The notes beneath the pieces were generated by a model. The model had not been told where the DNA came from. It saw nothing but the letters and a program-made list of their open reading frames with translations, and did not search any database. Source: a bacterium (GTDB taxonomy: Bacteria; Patescibacteriota; Patescibacteriia; UBA1558; UBA10009). From it: a stretch of DNA of 64,000 bases. The DNA is taken from positions 200,884-264,883 of the forward strand of contig JABHGM010000001.1 in the NCBI GenBank assembly GCA_018672055.1, in the 5' to 3' direction. This document shows positions 61,488 through 64,000 of the stretch, in pieces. Each line of letters starts with the position of its first letter. Within the stretch, counting starts at the first letter, position 1. A program made the position numbers and the translations under genes.

Positions 61488-61946
61488 TTATATTCTTTTT
61501 TTAATAATTAAGTAAATTAACCAGATAACACCTATAGTAATATATGTATCAGCTAAATTAAAAGCTGGGAATGTGGAGATATCAATAAAATCAATTACTC
61601 CGTTATATTCTATTCTATCTAGTAAATTACTTAGAGCACCTATTATTATAAGAGATATGGGGAATATTGCTATATGGCTATTTAAATAGTATTTAACTAA
61701 ATGCCAGGTTAAACTAAATATAATTATTAATATAATAGGTATTAATATATATAAAGGCATAGGTATGGAAAAAGCAATACCAGTATTAAGATAATGTTTA
61801 AAGCCTAGGGATGGTAAATAAAAAATACCCTCTTGGGGTAGATTAAAGCTTAAATACTTAGTTATTCTATCAATAATAAATAGAAAAAGAATTAACCAAA
61901 TGAGTAGTTTCTTATTTTTTAATTTGACAGCCATGACCAGGTGCAC
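61488..61946 (-). CDS. lspA: Lipoprotein signal peptidase (signal peptidase II)
   Basis: Four TM segments with conserved NTGIAFSIP and FPAFNLADTYITIG regions. Confidence 0.7.
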   Translation of the reverse strand: MHLVMAVKLKNKKLLIWLILFLFIIDRITKYLSFNLPQEGIFYLPSLGFKHYLNTGIAFSIPMPLYILIPIILIIIFSLTWHLVKYYLNSHIAIFPISLIIIGALSNLLDRIEYNGVIDFIDISTFPAFNLADTYITIGVIWLIYLIIKKRI

Positions 61947-62292
61947 ATTTAGTAGCGGTAGGCATTATTTCTAAACGTTCTTTAGCAATAGGATTATCGC
62001 ATTTTTCACATAAGCCATAAGTATTGTTTTCTAGCTTACTTAATGCTTTATTTACCATTTCAATAGATTGTTCAAATGTTTCTTCTAAAGATAGATTACT
62101 TTCAAAAGCAGCAACTTCAGCAGCATTATCATCTTCTTTGTCTCCAAAGTTAGGAAAATCTGCATTAAAGTTATCTTCTTGTCTTGGATCACGTTCTGCA
62201 AAGGTAGAAAGTTGCTTTCTAAGTTTTTCTTTTCTAGCAATTAGTGATTCTTCTATATTTTTTAGAAATTTTTTATCGAAATGTTTAGTCAT
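61912..62292 (-). CDS. DksA/TraR-family C4 zinc-finger protein
   Basis: Coiled-coil N-terminus and C-terminal CEKCDNPI...CAPGHGC. Overlaps lspA by 35 nt. Confidence 0.6.
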   Translation of the reverse strand: MTKHFDKKFLKNIEESLIARKEKLRKQLSTFAERDPRQEDNFNADFPNFGDKEDDNAAEVAAFESNLSLEETFEQSIEMVNKALSKLENNTYGLCEKCDNPIAKERLEIMPTATKCAPGHGCQIKK

Positions 62293-62882
62293 ATGTATGT
62301 TTTTAACGTATGTATTATATATAATTGTACATTTAATGTCAATGATATAAGGATGAAAAATTAAGTATTAGAAAAGGGCGCCAAGTAGCGCTCATTATAA
62401 AATTATTATATAGCGACTTAGCGCCCAAATTAGTCTCAAGATCTACTTCCTTAACATGAAGACCATGTTAGAAGAAGATCCAAAATCTCGTGACTGTTTT
62501 TAAGCACTATTTCCAACTTTATAGCGTATTTTCACTTACAACTCTTGGTGGTATGCACTCTATTTTATTAAAGAGATACCTTTTGAAGTTTTTATTTTTA
62601 TTTTACTACCATACTAGGTATTAAATAGTTAGGTCAGGTTGGTCTAACCTTAACGAGTTGAAAATGACAAAAATATTCCCTAAAACTACTTTTAGGAGAT
62701 TGTTTCTGTTTTTGTAAGGTGCATTTTTGTTTTAACTAATATAAGTATAGCATATATTTAAATAAAAATCAAGAGCATATAGAGGCTAATATTAGGTAAA
62801 TAAGTTTAAAAAAACAAAAAAAAGTGATTTCTTGAACACTTTATTTATTCACACATTTAACAGTTTATCCACAGCTGTGTAT

Positions 62883-63962
62883 TTACTTAAGTTTAAGACA
62901 CATTCTTATTTGGTTATTATTTGAAGAAAAGGCTGATATTTCAGTGAATTCTTTAAGTTTTGAGCTAGATATTGGCCAAGCACTCTCAGGTTTTATGATA
63001 ATAAAGGAATTTAAGTTATTTAAACTACAATCTGTATCTTTATTATTATTTTTTATATTATAGAAATCTATTTGATCTAAATTATTGCTTATTATAAGAA
63101 TATCGTTATTTGAGGCATAACCCATCTTTTTACTACCCATATCATATTTATACATCTGCCATTCATTAATAGTTGTTTCTTGCCAGATAACTGATGCTGG
63201 GTTAGTAATTAGCTCTATTGCTTTAGTATTATCAGGTAAGATTAACTCTTGTCTTAGTGTTTCAGTAAATCTAGCTAAGTAATTCTTTAAATTATCGTTA
63301 AATAATTCTTGATTATTGATATTAGTAGTAATCTGCCAAGAATTATCGTTAAAGCTTAAGATGATAGGTCCTTTTAAGTCTTTAATAATATTACTTAAGG
63401 AGAATTGATGTTCAATCCATAGATTATTATCAAGTGATCTAAATATATCTTGTAAATAAGTATTATTTTCTAGCTGATTTATAAATAACTCTATATTATT
63501 TATACCAAGACTAAATTTGTTATTTAAATTTGAATAATTTATGATGTTTTCTAACTCAGTTATATTATTTTCATTATTTAAGTTGCTTGGTTCTAAGTTT
63601 AATATTAATTTATTGTTTTCTACGCTTATTTCTAGATTAAAGTTCTCATTATTTGTAGTAAGTAGAGGATTTAAGATTAATTGTAAGTCAGTAAGTAAGG
63701 GATTTGTATATTCTTGGTTAAAAAACGCTTTTTGGAAATATATTGTTGACCAAGGTTTTAAATTAACTGAGAAATTTAAAATATCTTTTTTTGATAACTC
63801 TTGATTATTTATTTTACTAAGTAATTCTTTATCATTGGTAATAATTAGTACCTTATTCATAATTAATTTTAAAAATAGCTCTTCTGTTTCTTTAGGATAG
63901 TCTAAATCTTTTACTTCATTATTAAATTCTACTAAATAAGCAAATTGATTATTATCTGGCAT
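62883..63962 (-). CDS. Hypothetical Asn-rich low-complexity protein
   Basis: 359 aa with very high N/L/I content; no family recognised. Confidence 0.4.
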   Translation of the reverse strand: MPDNNQFAYLVEFNNEVKDLDYPKETEELFLKLIMNKVLIITNDKELLSKINNQELSKKDILNFSVNLKPWSTIYFQKAFFNQEYTNPLLTDLQLILNPLLTTNNENFNLEISVENNKLILNLEPSNLNNENNITELENIINYSNLNNKFSLGINNIELFINQLENNTYLQDIFRSLDNNLWIEHQFSLSNIIKDLKGPIILSFNDNSWQITTNINNQELFNDNLKNYLARFTETLRQELILPDNTKAIELITNPASVIWQETTINEWQMYKYDMGSKKMGYASNNDILIISNNLDQIDFYNIKNNNKDTDCSLNNLNSFIIIKPESAWPISSSKLKEFTEISAFSSNNNQIRMCLKLK

Positions 63963-64000
63963 GAAGATTAAGCCATGTTTTTGCTTTTTAATATCATTTA

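Overview
The window is a gene-dense, AT-rich (roughly 30% GC by eye) bacterial chromosome segment made up mostly of housekeeping genes. It contains the replication-origin neighbourhood (dnaN-dnaA divergent from rpmH-rnpA-yidD-yidC) and a 23S-5S rRNA operon with no adjacent 16S. There are 14 tRNA genes in six clusters, one of them a tRNA-Ile with a UAU anticodon. Core genes include PBP1A, trxB/trxA, gdh, nusA, a membrane pyrophosphatase, trigger factor, endonuclease IV, glmS, pfkA, rplS, infB-rbfA, clpP, rny-ymdB, HU, lspA, and a DksA/TraR-like zinc-finger protein. Lamin-tail-domain surface proteins, 23S expansion segments, many small genes with weak Shine-Dalgarno sequences, and unlinked rRNA genes suggest a CPR/Patescibacteria-like or similarly reduced genome; this is inference only. 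No CRISPR array, integrase, transposase or reverse transcriptase was recognised. The features I would re-examine first are: (1) three tandem minus-strand paralogs sharing a 'GPF-S-K/Q-E' N-terminal motif, lying between a tRNA-Leu and the rRNA promoter; (2) an LTD-PKD-LTD surface protein whose first ~50 residues look like an SSB N-terminus; (3) a ribbon-helix-helix domain fused to an NDP-sugar pyrophosphorylase; (4) a lysine-rich H1-like protein encoded by DNA-level tandem repeats; (5) two long intergenic regions (20.0-20.7 kb and 62.3-62.9 kb) with long-range helices and orphan terminators, which are candidate ncRNAs; (6) duplicated gene-plus-terminator units.
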